Notes: generated by a model not told the origin, from the sequence alone. DNA of 64,000 nt from Rhodothermales bacterium (GCA_028278205.1 JANQES010000120.1:27643-91642); one strand, 5' to 3'. Counted from the stretch's first letter, positions 49,497-59,382 are shown. Numbers and translations are program-made.

Positions 49497-49901
49497 ATGA
49501 ACACCAACGGCTCGCGGGCGCGCATCCTCATCGTCGAGGACAACCCGCCCATCCAGATGCTCTTGCGTCACCTTTTGAGCAAAAGCTTCGACGTCGAACT
49601 TGCCAACACCGTCGACGGCGCCATCGAGACGGCCACCCGGCAACATTTCGACCTGTTCCTGCTCGACATCAACCTCGGCGAAGACCGCACCGGCGTCGAT
49701 CTGCTGGGCTTGCTGCGGCAGATGCCGGCCTATACCGCCACGCCGGCGGTGGCCTGCACCGCCTATGCCGGCCCGCAATATCGCGAGCATTTTCTGGCGA
49801 ACGGATTCAATGAATACGTAGACAAGCCGTTCTCGCGGCCCGTGTTGCTGGGCGCCATCGAAGAGGTGCTCACCGCCGGGCGTCTGTGGGGCCACGCTTG
49901 A
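49497..49901 (+). CDS. Single-domain response regulator (receiver)
   Basis: ILIVEDN, LFLLDINL, ACTAYA, YVDKPF. Confidence 0.92.
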   Translation: MNTNGSRARILIVEDNPPIQMLLRHLLSKSFDVELANTVDGAIETATRQHFDLFLLDINLGEDRTGVDLLGLLRQMPAYTATPAVACTAYAGPQYREHFLANGFNEYVDKPFSRPVLLGAIEEVLTAGRLWGHA

Positions 49902-50099
49902 GCAGCAAGGACAACTCGAATAGGACCGCCTCCAGCCAGGCGCGCAGCCCGCGCTGCGCACGACGGTGTTTCTAGACACTCGTTGGGGAAACCGTGAAGA
50001 GGACACGCCCCGGTATCGGCCCATGCGCCGGTGCCGGGGCGGTGTGATTTTGGATTTCCGATTTTGGATTGGCTGCCTGTCGATCTGTAATCAATAATC

Positions 50100-51163
50100 G
50101 AGGGGTGGGCATTAATCGAGAGCGAGCCGAAATGGCTTGGTCGCCTGCAAGGGGTGCTGATGAATCGAATTGAAGACCATCAGCACCTGCAACGAGACCG
50201 TAGCCAAGAGCAAGTACGCCTCTACTTTGACCAACCCTCGATAGGGCAGTTGGTGCTCCCGCTCAAGCGCAAAGAGTTCTTTGATGATCGAAAACACAGG
50301 CTCTATCGAGGGCTTTCGCCACCGGTAGACGAAGGCCGCCCACACCGAAGCAATCATCCGGTTGTACCACGCCTTGTTGGCGCTCTTCTCGGCAAAACCT
50401 GAACGCAGTAAGACAAAGATTCTCAACTGCTTCCATACCCTCATAATCACGGCGATGCTGCGATACCCCGCATCGACGACCACTAACAGGCACGCCGCTG
50501 CAAGCGGGCTTAGCAGCGTCAGCAGTTGATGATAGTCTTTGGCACTGGCGGTCGTCACCGTCGCCATCACCGGAAAACGAAAACGGTTGGCAACGACATG
50601 CAAGCCATAGCCAAAACGCCACCCGTGATAGGGCGATTTGCCCCAACTGGCCTCGGTGTCAATCGAGGCATGGGGAACCACGCCCTGCGATTTGTGCTTC
50701 TTGTGCCAGAGCCCGCCGAGTGCGCGAAAGATCGATTTATCGGCAAAGGCCGTCCGAAACAAGAAGCGCTCGTCGAGCAGGATCGCTTCCTGGGCCAAGC
50801 TGGGCATGAAGCGCTGTAGGAAGGCGGGCAAGGCCAGAAAGCGCCGCCGGAGGGTCTTGCGAGAAGGCGGAGCCTGGAAGCCAAAGCGTCGGTAATGGAC
50901 CTTTGCGTAGTCAGCCATGGTCTTGAAGGCATGGATGCGTTTGAGGGCCATCGTGATAAAGAACAACAACATAGGGACGTGTCCATGTACGAGCGGTCGT
51001 CCCCGTTTGGGTTTGCTGTCTTGCTGGTGGCAGCACTGTTGCAGCCACAGGTAGAGCGGTTGTATACTCTCGGGCATGAGTCATCGCTGGGGGTTGGGTT
51101 GAACAGCTTGGACACTCTTCAACATACAACCTCTGGCGGATGACTCATTTATGCCCACCCCTC
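50100..51163 (-). mobile_element. Insertion sequence, 1064 bp, 17-bp TIRs, 11-bp TSD
   Basis: TIRs GAGGGGTGGGCATTAAT (50100) and ATTTATGCCCACCCCTC (ends 51163); AATCAATAATC at 50089-50099 and 51164-51174. Confidence 0.93.
50112..51077 (-). CDS. DDE transposase (DDE_Tnp_1-like; IS982/IS5-like, family uncertain)
   Basis: FADKS, WRFGYGLH, VDAGY, RKPSIEPVFSIIK. Confidence 0.88.
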   Translation of the reverse strand: MPESIQPLYLWLQQCCHQQDSKPKRGRPLVHGHVPMLLFFITMALKRIHAFKTMADYAKVHYRRFGFQAPPSRKTLRRRFLALPAFLQRFMPSLAQEAILLDERFLFRTAFADKSIFRALGGLWHKKHKSQGVVPHASIDTEASWGKSPYHGWRFGYGLHVVANRFRFPVMATVTTASAKDYHQLLTLLSPLAAACLLVVVDAGYRSIAVIMRVWKQLRIFVLLRSGFAEKSANKAWYNRMIASVWAAFVYRWRKPSIEPVFSIIKELFALEREHQLPYRGLVKVEAYLLLATVSLQVLMVFNSIHQHPLQATKPFRLALD

Positions 51164-51257
51164 AATCAATAATCGAGGAAGCCGCGCCCGTCTCAACCGG
51201 CGCGGCTTCTTCGATTGTTAAACGGGGATCGGAATCTTCCCAATCCAAAATCCAAAA

Positions 51258-52394
51258 TTACCAACGCTTCGGCATTCGTGCCAGGCCGAGGGGGGCCAGC
51301 ACCAGATTGTAGGCCGCATAAAGCAGTTCGAGGAAAGGTTGCACCGGCAGCAGGTCGCGTTCGTCGAGGGCGGCGGCGGCCCGGCTGAGCAGGGCGGTTT
51401 GCACGGCGAGTTTCGCCGCCAGCAGGCCCAGGCCCCACCAGCCCAACCCGAACGGCGCTGCCCAGAGCGCGATGCTCGTGGCGTGGAAAAGTCCGAGGTG
51501 CGCCTGCGTGCCCCGGTCGTAGAACCGCCCCGCCGAAAGATGCCGTCGTTTCTGGTGAAGCCACCGGCGCCACGTCGGGGGCGGGTTGCTGGGCACGAAT
51601 GAGCGGGCGTCGAAGAGATGATTGACGACGGCGGCGCGGCGGCGGTTCACCTCCTGAACCAGCAGGTCGTCGTCGCCGCTCATCGAGTGGAGCGAATGGG
51701 CAAAACCGCCGATGCGCCGAAACACCGACCGCGGATAGCTGATGCTGCGCCCGACGGCCATGTAGGGCCGGCCCAGCCCCACCGTGGCCGCCGTCAGAAA
51801 CCCCGTCACGAACGTCTCGTAGCGCGCCAGCCGGTTGAGCAGCCCCGGCGCCTTCCGAAACGGGCTGTAGCCGATGAGCAGTGTCTCCTGCTGCGCCCCG
51901 GCGTGCTGCTGCGCCAAGCTCGCGAGCCAGCCCGGCGGCGGCGCGCAATCGGCGTCGGTGAAGGCCAGCAATTCGTGTCGGGCCGCGTCGATGCCCTGCG
52001 TCAGCGCGTTTTTTTTGCGCGGTTCTTTGGGATGATCGACGTGAAGGAGCCGCAGGGTGGGATGGGTCTGCTGCCACGATTGGATGATCTCAGGCGTGGC
52101 ATCTTCCGAGTCGTCATCGACCAGGACGACTTCGTAGTGGGGATGGGTCTGCCGGGTGAGCGCGGCCAGCAACGCCGGCAGGTTGGCCGCTTCGTTGCGC
52201 ACCGGCACGATCACCGACATCGGCGGCAGCGACGCTTCGGACACTTTTGCATCCCCCCGCTGCGCCCGCCGAAATCCAGCGTACAAAAGCAGCCAGTAGC
52301 CCATCTGCACGACGAACGCTACGCCGAAGACAATCCCCCAGAAAGCCGAAGCCGTCATAGTGGCCGATACGATTTGATGAATGCTTCCCATCAA
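51258..52394 (-). CDS. Family 2 glycosyltransferase, membrane-bound
   Basis: SVIVPVRNE, VDDDSED, FTDADC, SGDDDL, QKRRH. Confidence 0.9.
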   Translation of the reverse strand: MMGSIHQIVSATMTASAFWGIVFGVAFVVQMGYWLLLYAGFRRAQRGDAKVSEASLPPMSVIVPVRNEAANLPALLAALTRQTHPHYEVVLVDDDSEDATPEIIQSWQQTHPTLRLLHVDHPKEPRKKNALTQGIDAARHELLAFTDADCAPPPGWLASLAQQHAGAQQETLLIGYSPFRKAPGLLNRLARYETFVTGFLTAATVGLGRPYMAVGRSISYPRSVFRRIGGFAHSLHSMSGDDDLLVQEVNRRRAAVVNHLFDARSFVPSNPPPTWRRWLHQKRRHLSAGRFYDRGTQAHLGLFHATSIALWAAPFGLGWWGLGLLAAKLAVQTALLSRAAAALDERDLLPVQPFLELLYAAYNLVLAPLGLARMPKRW

Positions 52395-52446
52395 AGATAA
52401 GCAGGCCGGAGAAAGTAAGAAGAATTGGATCAGTCAAAGAACTTAG

Positions 52447-52494
52447 TTGCCATTTGCCCATTTGCCATTTGCCTATTTACCTCATTTGCCCATT
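52447..52494. repeat. Short tandem (TTGCC[C]AT)n between divergent glycosyltransferases
   Basis: TTGCCATTTGCCCATTTGCCATTTGCCTATTTACCTCATTTGCCCATT. Confidence 0.7.
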
Positions 52495-52500
52495 TTCTAC

Positions 52501-53565
52501 ATGGTGATCTTCCTCGCAATCGTCCACGCGGTGCTTTTCCTGACGCTCCTCGGCAACCTCTTTTATCTGCGGCGCACCCGGCGGCAGGCTACGCCGTCGG
52601 ACTATCCGCTGGTGTCGATTCTTATCCCGGCGCGTAATGAAGCGGAAAATTTGCGACGCCTGCTTCCCTCGCTCAAAGCCCAGGACTACCCTGCCTTCGA
52701 GGTTATTCTTTACGACGACGAATCGGAAGACGAGACGTGGGCGGTGATTCAGGAGACGGCGGACGCGCGCATCCGGGGCGTCCAGAGCGAGGGGCCGCCG
52801 CCGCCCGGCTGGATCGGCAAAGTCCACGCGCTCTATCAGGTGACGAAGCACGCCCGGGGTCGTCTTTACTTCTTCCTCGATGCCGACTCCGAGTTGCTCG
52901 ATCCCGGCGCCCTGCGACGCATCATTGAACGCTACCTGACCTTGCCGGACGACGCCGTCCTGACGGGGATGACGCGGCTGCGCGGTGGCGGCAAGGTGCT
53001 CGTCAGCCTCGTGCCCAACGCCTTGCTGACGGGCCTGCCGTGGCCGCTGGTGCGGCGCTTCCGGGCGCGTTCGCTCGGCGCACTCAACGGCCAGTTCTGG
53101 ATGATCGACGCCGGACACTACCGGCGCCTCGATCCGTTCCTCCAGGTCAAAAACGAAGTGCTCGAAGACGTACAACTCGGGCGGTATTTCAAAACGCAGG
53201 GCCTCACGCCGTACCTCTGCGACGTCACGCGCGAGCTGGCCGTCTACATGTACCGCGACCACGTCGATGCGTGGCGCGGCTTTCGCAAGAATGCCTATCT
53301 CATCCTGGGCGGGCAGCCGGTCTCGTTCGTCCTGCTCTTCGTCCTTTTTTTCTTTACCTACCTGCTCTCGCCCCTGTTCTCGCCCTGGTTTTTGCTATCG
53401 ACCTACATCCTCAAAACCGCCACAGACCGCCTGGCCGGATTTCCACTCTGGGTGTCGCTGCTGACGCCGTTGTCGTTTCTCCTGAGCCCGCTCTTGCAAC
53501 TCGACTCGGCCTTCAACCACTGGACGGGCCGCGTCTCGTGGAAAGGCCGCCGGGTGGGGGGATGA
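52501..53565 (+). CDS. Family 2 glycosyltransferase, resembles carotenoid glycosyltransferases
   Basis: SILIPARNE, PPPGWIGKVHA, FLDAD, NGQF, LEDV, WRGFRKN, VSWKGR. Confidence 0.85.
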   Translation: MVIFLAIVHAVLFLTLLGNLFYLRRTRRQATPSDYPLVSILIPARNEAENLRRLLPSLKAQDYPAFEVILYDDESEDETWAVIQETADARIRGVQSEGPPPPGWIGKVHALYQVTKHARGRLYFFLDADSELLDPGALRRIIERYLTLPDDAVLTGMTRLRGGGKVLVSLVPNALLTGLPWPLVRRFRARSLGALNGQFWMIDAGHYRRLDPFLQVKNEVLEDVQLGRYFKTQGLTPYLCDVTRELAVYMYRDHVDAWRGFRKNAYLILGGQPVSFVLLFVLFFFTYLLSPLFSPWFLLSTYILKTATDRLAGFPLWVSLLTPLSFLLSPLLQLDSAFNHWTGRVSWKGRRVGG

Positions 53566-53757
53566 ATTTTGACCATCGCATTCGGGAAGGCTTGCGCCAG
53601 GCCAACACGCCGCGTCTTGATCCACGGTGGCGTGTCAAAATTCATAACGATTACGGGCAAAACCCAACATTATGAATTTTGACCGGGAAATCCGTGGACG
53701 GTCTTCGGCCTTCAGGATAAGGATATCCGAATACCGAGATCAAACGTCAAAATTCAT
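53562..53757. repeat. Four alternating copies of the 12-mer ATGAATTTTGAC
   Basis: Forward 53562-53573 and 53672-53683; reverse 53634-53645 and 53746-53757. Confidence 0.85.
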
Positions 53758-54584
53758 CACCGTATCTCAAACGTGACCGTGGCCCAGTTCGATTCGTAAT
53801 CGACGCCTTTTTCGTCGCTCTCGACCATGTGGATGAGGCGGACGTACCATTGCCCGGCGGTCATCAACTCGAAGCGCGCCACGCCCTCGCGGTCGGTGCG
53901 TGTCTTGACGGCTTCGGCGTGGCTGCCGTCTTCGCTGTGGCCGTGAAAGCCTGCGTGGCTCGCGTAGACCAGTTGATTAACGACCGGCTCGCCATCTCTG
54001 AGCACGAGCGCCTCAAACGTGTCGCCCACGCCGAGGTCGTACGGGTTCTGGAGCGGCACGATTTCGATGGGATAGCCGAGGCGATGCTGGTAGGTGGCGG
54101 TCCGCTTGTCGCCCACCTGATAGATGGCCTTGACGTGTTTGGAATAGCGCTCGCTGGCGTCCTCGTCGAGCGTGCCGTCCTTTTTGCGGGCTGCCAGCAC
54201 GTCCAGCACGCCGTCGTGCGAGAGATAATTGTTGAAGTCCTTCGCCGAGAGATCGATGATGCGCGAGGCGGTGGAGACGCCCAGCACATAGGTCCCGGCG
54301 TCGCCCGTCTTAAAATCCAGCCACGTAATATTGTCTTTTTCCCACCAATCGGCGGTATCGGGATGGATCACCGAATCGCCGGGGCCGACCATGCTCACGT
54401 CGAGCATGCGGTCACGGGTGATGACGTTTTCGCTCTTGTCGAAGGTGCCGTTGTAGAGCGCGATGGACGTCTCGGTGTGGGGGGCAAGAAAGTAGGTGCT
54501 GAGCTTGAGGAACATGTCGTGGGCGTAGAGCGAGCCCACCACGAGCAGCAGGGCAGCGAAGGTGAGGAGCGTCTTCCTGGTCAT
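53757..54584 (-). CDS. DUF4198 family periplasmic protein
   Basis: Signal peptide then AHDMFL; RYSKHVKA, LGYPIEIVPLQNPY, RTDREG, YESNWATVTF. Confidence 0.85.
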   Translation of the reverse strand: MTRKTLLTFAALLLVVGSLYAHDMFLKLSTYFLAPHTETSIALYNGTFDKSENVITRDRMLDVSMVGPGDSVIHPDTADWWEKDNITWLDFKTGDAGTYVLGVSTASRIIDLSAKDFNNYLSHDGVLDVLAARKKDGTLDEDASERYSKHVKAIYQVGDKRTATYQHRLGYPIEIVPLQNPYDLGVGDTFEALVLRDGEPVVNQLVYASHAGFHGHSEDGSHAEAVKTRTDREGVARFELMTAGQWYVRLIHMVESDEKGVDYESNWATVTFEIR

Positions 54585-54682
54585 CGATCCGATGTTCTGG
54601 TGGGAGGGATTGCCTCGTCAATAAAATAAAAAAACGCCTCAGAATCACCGAAAGCGGTTATTGCTGAGACGTTTTCCTAAAG

Positions 54683-54757
54683 TGGGCGGTACTGGATTCG
54701 AACCAGTGACCTCCTGCTTGTAAGGCAGGCGCTCTAAACCAACTGAGCTAACCGCCC
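54683..54757 (-). tRNA. tRNA-Val(UAC)
   Basis: Reverse complement gives anticodon arm CCTGC-CTTACAA-GCAGG. Confidence 0.96.
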
Positions 54758-54797
54758 TTAAAACTTGAAGGCCCGTACACGGGCCTTCAAGTTTTAA
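54758..54797. repeat. 18-bp perfect hairpin filling the tRNA-Gly/tRNA-Val spacer
   Basis: TTAAAACTTGAAGGCCCG-TACA-CGGGCCTTCAAGTTTTAA. Confidence 0.85.
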
Positions 54798-54798
54798 A

Positions 54799-54874
54799 TG
54801 GAGCGGGAAACGGGATTCGAACCCGCGACCCTCAGCTTGGGAAGCTGATGCTCTACCAACTGAGCTATTCCCGC
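54799..54874 (-). tRNA. tRNA-Gly(CCC)
   Basis: Reverse complement gives anticodon arm TCAGC-TTCCCAA-GCTGA; encoded CCA. Confidence 0.97.
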
Positions 54875-55061
54875 AGGGAGAAAATCATTCTACACTGGTT
54901 TTTTGTGAAAGTCAAGGCGCTTCATGGTTTTCCCGCCGGCTTTTCGTACCTTCTTAATTCTCTGCTTTGCAGAGATTTCGAGGGCGGCGGCAACCCAACG
55001 GGGCTCTCGTCGTTAAAGCCCGCTCGCACGCAGGAAGATCCTTTAGCTATAGAAGCGACCG

Positions 55062-55217
55062 ATGAAACGAACGTATCAACCCAGCCGCCGCAAGCGCAGA
55101 AACAAGCACGGCTTTCGCGAGCGCATGCGCTCGAAGAACGGGCGTAAGCTCCTGGCACGCCGGCGCAAAAAAGGCCGCAAGAGTCTCTCCGTCAGCGACC
55201 GGTATCTCGGTAAATAG
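55062..55217 (+). CDS. rpmH: 50S ribosomal protein L34 (not in ORF track)
   Basis: Manual translation [51 protein letters not shown]. Confidence 0.97.
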   Translation: MKRTYQPSRRKRRNKHGFRERMRSKNGRKLLARRRKKGRKSLSVSDRYLGK

Positions 55218-55229
55218 GCCCCTCTCTCC

Positions 55230-55667
55230 ATGCCTGGTGCGCGCAACAGGGCCGCCTCGCAGACCGGGCGCGCTTTGACGTTTCCGCGCGCTGCCCGGCT
55301 CAAACGGCGCCGCCTGATTCGTTCCCTCTTCGACCGTAACCGGGACGACGTGGGCACGGTGGCGCTTGGGTGTGTGCGCTTGCTCTACCGGGCCGTGCCG
55401 CGCGCGCAGACCGGCTACGACGTCCCGGTACAGGTAGGCTTTGCACCGGGCCGCGTCCGCACCGCCGTCGTGCGCAACCGCATCCGGCGGCTCTTGCGCG
55501 AGGTCTATCGGGTGCATCAACACACGCTGGTAGACCTTTTTGCGCATCGGCCCGAGACGCTCACGGTGATGGTGCTCTTCCGGGGACGCCCCGAAACGGC
55601 GACGGCCTGCATCCCACGCGACTTGCCGCAGGCTTTAGAACGCCTGGCCGGGCAGGTGGCTCGCTGA
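55230..55667 (+). CDS. rnpA: Ribonuclease P protein component
   Basis: TFPRAARLK, VGFA, AVVRNRIRRLLREVYR. Confidence 0.92.
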   Translation: MPGARNRAASQTGRALTFPRAARLKRRRLIRSLFDRNRDDVGTVALGCVRLLYRAVPRAQTGYDVPVQVGFAPGRVRTAVVRNRIRRLLREVYRVHQHTLVDLFAHRPETLTVMVLFRGRPETATACIPRDLPQALERLAGQVAR

Positions 55668-55815
55668 GGCTCGCTGTCATTTGCTTCGCGTCATTCATTG
55701 TCATGGATCGAGCTTGACAATAAATGACGCGCCGCAGGCGCACTTGACGTGAGCGCAGCGAACAAATGACGCCGAAGGCAAATGACAGCGACCGCAGGGA
55801 GCGAATGACGCGAGG
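55668..55815. repeat. Family B modular repeat
   Basis: GTCATTCATTGTCATGGATCGAGCTTGACAATAAATGACGCGCCGCAGGCGCACTTGACGTGAGCGCAGCGAACAAATGAC. Confidence 0.85.
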
Positions 55816-55951
55816 CGCAGCCGAGCTTTTCCAGTGAATCTTCAGTGTATGTGGAACTGCCCTGCCCTCCTTCCGTACCCCCTTCTTCGCGCTTGCCCTT
55901 AACATCTATCAGATCAAGGATCTGGGCTTATCTCTATGAGGAGGATCGACC

Positions 55952-57829
55952 GTGGATCGTAACGTCGTCATTGCGACAATACTTATCGTGCTCATCCTCT
56001 TTGTGTGGATGTATTTCCTGCCACAGCCGCAGCCGCCCACCACCGAGGATGCCGCGCCGGTCGATACCGTGCAGGTGGCCGAGCCGTCCGCTACGCCGGA
56101 AGTCGTGCCCCTGACGGCGCCGCCGCAGGCCGCCACCTCCGCTACGATAGACTCGACGATTGCCGGGGCGCAGGAGGGCGAAGAACGGTTCATCACGGTT
56201 GATACGGATATCTACGAGGCGCGCTTCTCGACCAAAGGCGGCACGCTCGTCTCGTTTCTGCTGAAGGAATATTATCAATTCGATCAAGAAACGCCCATCC
56301 AGATCGTCGATACGACGGCGGGTGGCGCCCTGGGCCTCGTCTTTACGACCCCGGTCAGCCACGTCGTCGATACCCGCACCTTTTTCTTTGAATCCAGCTT
56401 CAGCGGCGATCGGATTGAAGTGACCGATGAGCCCGTCACGCTCTCGTTCGAAAAGGCACTCGGCCAGGGGACGATCCGCCAGACCTACACGTTTACCCCC
56501 GGCGACTATGAGATCGGGCTGAGCGTCGCGCAGGAAAACGTCGTGAGTTTTCAGACCGACGAAGGCTACGAGATGGTCTGGAACGGGGCCGTGCCGTTCA
56601 GCGAGGATCCCCAGAACCGCAAAGAGGAATCCTCCAAGATCGGCGCCTACGCCCGCAGTGGCGATGAGGTGGACGGCATCACGCTTTTGAGTGAAGAGGA
56701 AGAGGACAAGACGCTGCGCGGGGACATCTCGTGGATTGGCGTCAAGACCAAATATTTCGGCGCCGTCGTCCTGACCGACACCAAGGCGCGCGAGGCCGAA
56801 CTCCTGGGCGAACGCACCGCCGATCTCGATGCGGTCGATCTCGACGCGTCGTTCCGCGCCAGCCTGTTCATGGGCCGGCCCACCGACGAAGCCGACACCT
56901 ATCAACTCTACCTCGGCCCGCTCGAATACAACAAAATTAAAAAATACCCCGGCCTCTACGACATGGTCGATTACGGCTGGGACGCCTTCGAGTGGATGAC
57001 CCGCCCGCTGGCGACGTTCATCTTCATCCCGGCCTTTACGCTGCTGAGCAAGTTCATCGCCAACTACGGCCTGGTCATCATCATCTTCGGCCTCATCATC
57101 AAGATTGTGCTCTACCCGCTGACCAAGTCGTCGTACCGCAGTATGGCGAAGATGCGCGAGTTGCAGCCGAAGATGCAAGAGATCAAGGAGAAGTATCCGG
57201 ACAACCCGCAGAAGCAGCAGGAAGCGACGATGAAGCTGTATCGGGAGTCTGGAACGAACCCGCTGGGCAGTTGCCTGCCGATGTTCCTCCAGTACCCGAT
57301 CATCATCGCGCTGTGGCAGTTCCTCCAGCAATCCATCGAGATTCGCCAGCAGGGCTTTTTGTGGGCCAACGACCTCTCAGCCCCCGACGCCATCCTGCAT
57401 CTGCCCTTCGAAATTCCCTTCTACGGCGATTTCGTGGCGGGCTTTACGGTGCTGATGGGCCTGTCGATGATCATCCAGATGCGCATCCAATCGATGCCGA
57501 GCGCGGGGGGGATGCAGACGAAGATTTTTATGTACGTCATGCCCATCTTTATCTTTGTGATTTTCAACAGCTTGCCGTCGGGTCTGAGTCTCTATTATTT
57601 GTGCTACAACGTCGTCACCGCCGTCCAGCAAAAGTGGATCAATAGGCAGATTGAAAAAGAGAAAGAGTTGGCCGAAGCTGGTGGCAAAGGCGGTAAGAAA
57701 CCCGCCAAAGGCGCGAAGGGCGCCGCCGTCTCGAAAAACGGTCGCCAAAAGAAAGGCGGCGGCTCGAAGAAAGGCGGCCAGCGAAAGAAAGCTGCACCGA
57801 GGACGTCGAGAAAGGGCGCAAGACGGTAG
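55952..57829 (+). CDS. yidC: Membrane protein insertase YidC
   Basis: N-terminal TM; LYLGP, NYGLVIII, SMAKMRELQP, NPLGSCLP, FLWANDLSAPD, PSGLSLYY. Confidence 0.96.
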   Translation: MDRNVVIATILIVLILFVWMYFLPQPQPPTTEDAAPVDTVQVAEPSATPEVVPLTAPPQAATSATIDSTIAGAQEGEERFITVDTDIYEARFSTKGGTLVSFLLKEYYQFDQETPIQIVDTTAGGALGLVFTTPVSHVVDTRTFFFESSFSGDRIEVTDEPVTLSFEKALGQGTIRQTYTFTPGDYEIGLSVAQENVVSFQTDEGYEMVWNGAVPFSEDPQNRKEESSKIGAYARSGDEVDGITLLSEEEEDKTLRGDISWIGVKTKYFGAVVLTDTKAREAELLGERTADLDAVDLDASFRASLFMGRPTDEADTYQLYLGPLEYNKIKKYPGLYDMVDYGWDAFEWMTRPLATFIFIPAFTLLSKFIANYGLVIIIFGLIIKIVLYPLTKSSYRSMAKMRELQPKMQEIKEKYPDNPQKQQEATMKLYRESGTNPLGSCLPMFLQYPIIIALWQFLQQSIEIRQQGFLWANDLSAPDAILHLPFEIPFYGDFVAGFTVLMGLSMIIQMRIQSMPSAGGMQTKIFMYVMPIFIFVIFNSLPSGLSLYYLCYNVVTAVQQKWINRQIEKEKELAEAGGKGGKKPAKGAKGAAVSKNGRQKKGGGSKKGGQRKKAAPRTSRKGARR

Positions 57830-57997
57830 GTTCGCTTCGCTCACGTCATTCGTGGTCATTTGTTCGCTTCGCTCACGTCATTGGCACGCTACGCGTGCGT
57901 CATTCATTGTCGAGTTCAATCAATGACGACAAATGACGACAAATGACGGCGAGCGACAGCGAGCCAAATGACAGCGAACAACGTGAGCCAATGACAG
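57829..57997. repeat. Family B modular repeat overlapping the mnmE start
   Basis: GTTCGCTTCGCTCACGTCATT twice; multiple CAAATGAC/CAATGAC units. Confidence 0.85.
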
Positions 57998-59382
57998 CGA
58001 CCGCAGGGAGCGATACCATCGCCGCGATTGCCACGGCGCGCGGGCGGGCGGCGCTCGCCATCGTCCGGCTTTCCGGCCCCGAGGCTGTCTCGGTAGCGGC
58101 GGCTTGTTTTCGCGGGCGTGATCTCCGGGTGGTCGATTCGCACACGGCGCACGTGGGCTATGTGCTGGCCAAAGACGGCGCGGAGATCGACCACGTGGTG
58201 GCGACGGTCTTTCGCGCGCCGCGCTCGGCCACGGGCGAAGACATCGTCGAGATCTCGTGCCACGGCGGCGATTTTGCCCCGGCGTTGATTCTCGAAAGTC
58301 TGATCCATCACGGCGCGCGCCTGGCCGAACCCGGCGAGTTCACGCAACGGGCTTTTCTCAACGGCAAGATGGATCTGGCCCAGGCCGAAGCCGTGGCCGA
58401 GTTGATCCATGCCTCGTCGTCGTTGTCGCATCGCGTGTCGTTGTCGCATCTTCAGGGCCGCTATTCCGACGTGCTGGGCCGCCTCCGCGACGAACTGCTC
58501 GAACTCTGCGCCTTCGTCGAACTCGAAATCGATTTTACGGACGAGGACGTCGAATTCGCAGATCGGGCGCGGCTCGAAGCGCTGCTGGCGCACGCCGATG
58601 ACCTGCTGGCCGGTCTGCTGGCTTCGTATCGTGTGGGCGAACTCGTGCGCGACGGCGTCCGCGTGGTCATCGGCGGACGGCCCAACGCCGGCAAATCGAC
58701 CCTGCTCAACGCGCTCGTCGGGCGCGACCGGGCCATCGTCAGCCACATCCCCGGCACCACCCGCGACGCCATCGAAGCCGACGCCGAGATCGACGGCCTG
58801 CTCTTCCGCTTCGTCGATACCGCCGGCCTACGCGAGACCTCCGACGCCATCGAAGCCGAGGGCGTCCGCCGCGCTCACCATTCCATCGACCGCGCTGATG
58901 TGCTGCTCTACGTCTACGATCTCGCAGCGGGATTAGACGAAGCAGAAGTTCAATTTTTGCAGGATGTTACGGATCAGGATAATCTGCCCATCATTCTCAT
59001 CGGAAACAAGCGCGATCTGGTCGAGCAGCCCGCCGCAGCTTCCCTCAACGGCCTGCCTTTCGTCGATCTCTCCGCCGAGCGCGGCCAGCGCGACACCGGC
59101 GAACTCGACACCCTCGTGCGCCTCCTCCTCGACACCGTCGCCGCCGGCCTCGCCGGCACCGACGCCTCGCACGTCGTCACTAACCAGCGCCACCGTCAAC
59201 ACCTCCGCGAAGCCCTCCGCGCCGTCCGCGCCGCCCGCCACGCCCTCGACACCGGTCTCACAGGCGACCTCTTCACCCTCGACCTCCGCGCCGCGCTCCA
59301 CGAACTCGGCGCTATCACCGGCGAAATCACCAACGAGGACGTGCTCGACCAAATATTCTCGCGGTTTTGCATAGGAAAATGA
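57991..59382 (+). CDS. mnmE: tRNA modification GTPase MnmE
   Basis: DTIAAIAT, SCHGG, GEFTQRAFLNGK, GRPNAGKST, DTAGLR, FSRFCIGK. Confidence 0.97.
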   Translation: MTATAGSDTIAAIATARGRAALAIVRLSGPEAVSVAAACFRGRDLRVVDSHTAHVGYVLAKDGAEIDHVVATVFRAPRSATGEDIVEISCHGGDFAPALILESLIHHGARLAEPGEFTQRAFLNGKMDLAQAEAVAELIHASSSLSHRVSLSHLQGRYSDVLGRLRDELLELCAFVELEIDFTDEDVEFADRARLEALLAHADDLLAGLLASYRVGELVRDGVRVVIGGRPNAGKSTLLNALVGRDRAIVSHIPGTTRDAIEADAEIDGLLFRFVDTAGLRETSDAIEAEGVRRAHHSIDRADVLLYVYDLAAGLDEAEVQFLQDVTDQDNLPIILIGNKRDLVEQPAAASLNGLPFVDLSAERGQRDTGELDTLVRLLLDTVAAGLAGTDASHVVTNQRHRQHLREALRAVRAARHALDTGLTGDLFTLDLRAALHELGAITGEITNEDVLDQIFSRFCIGK

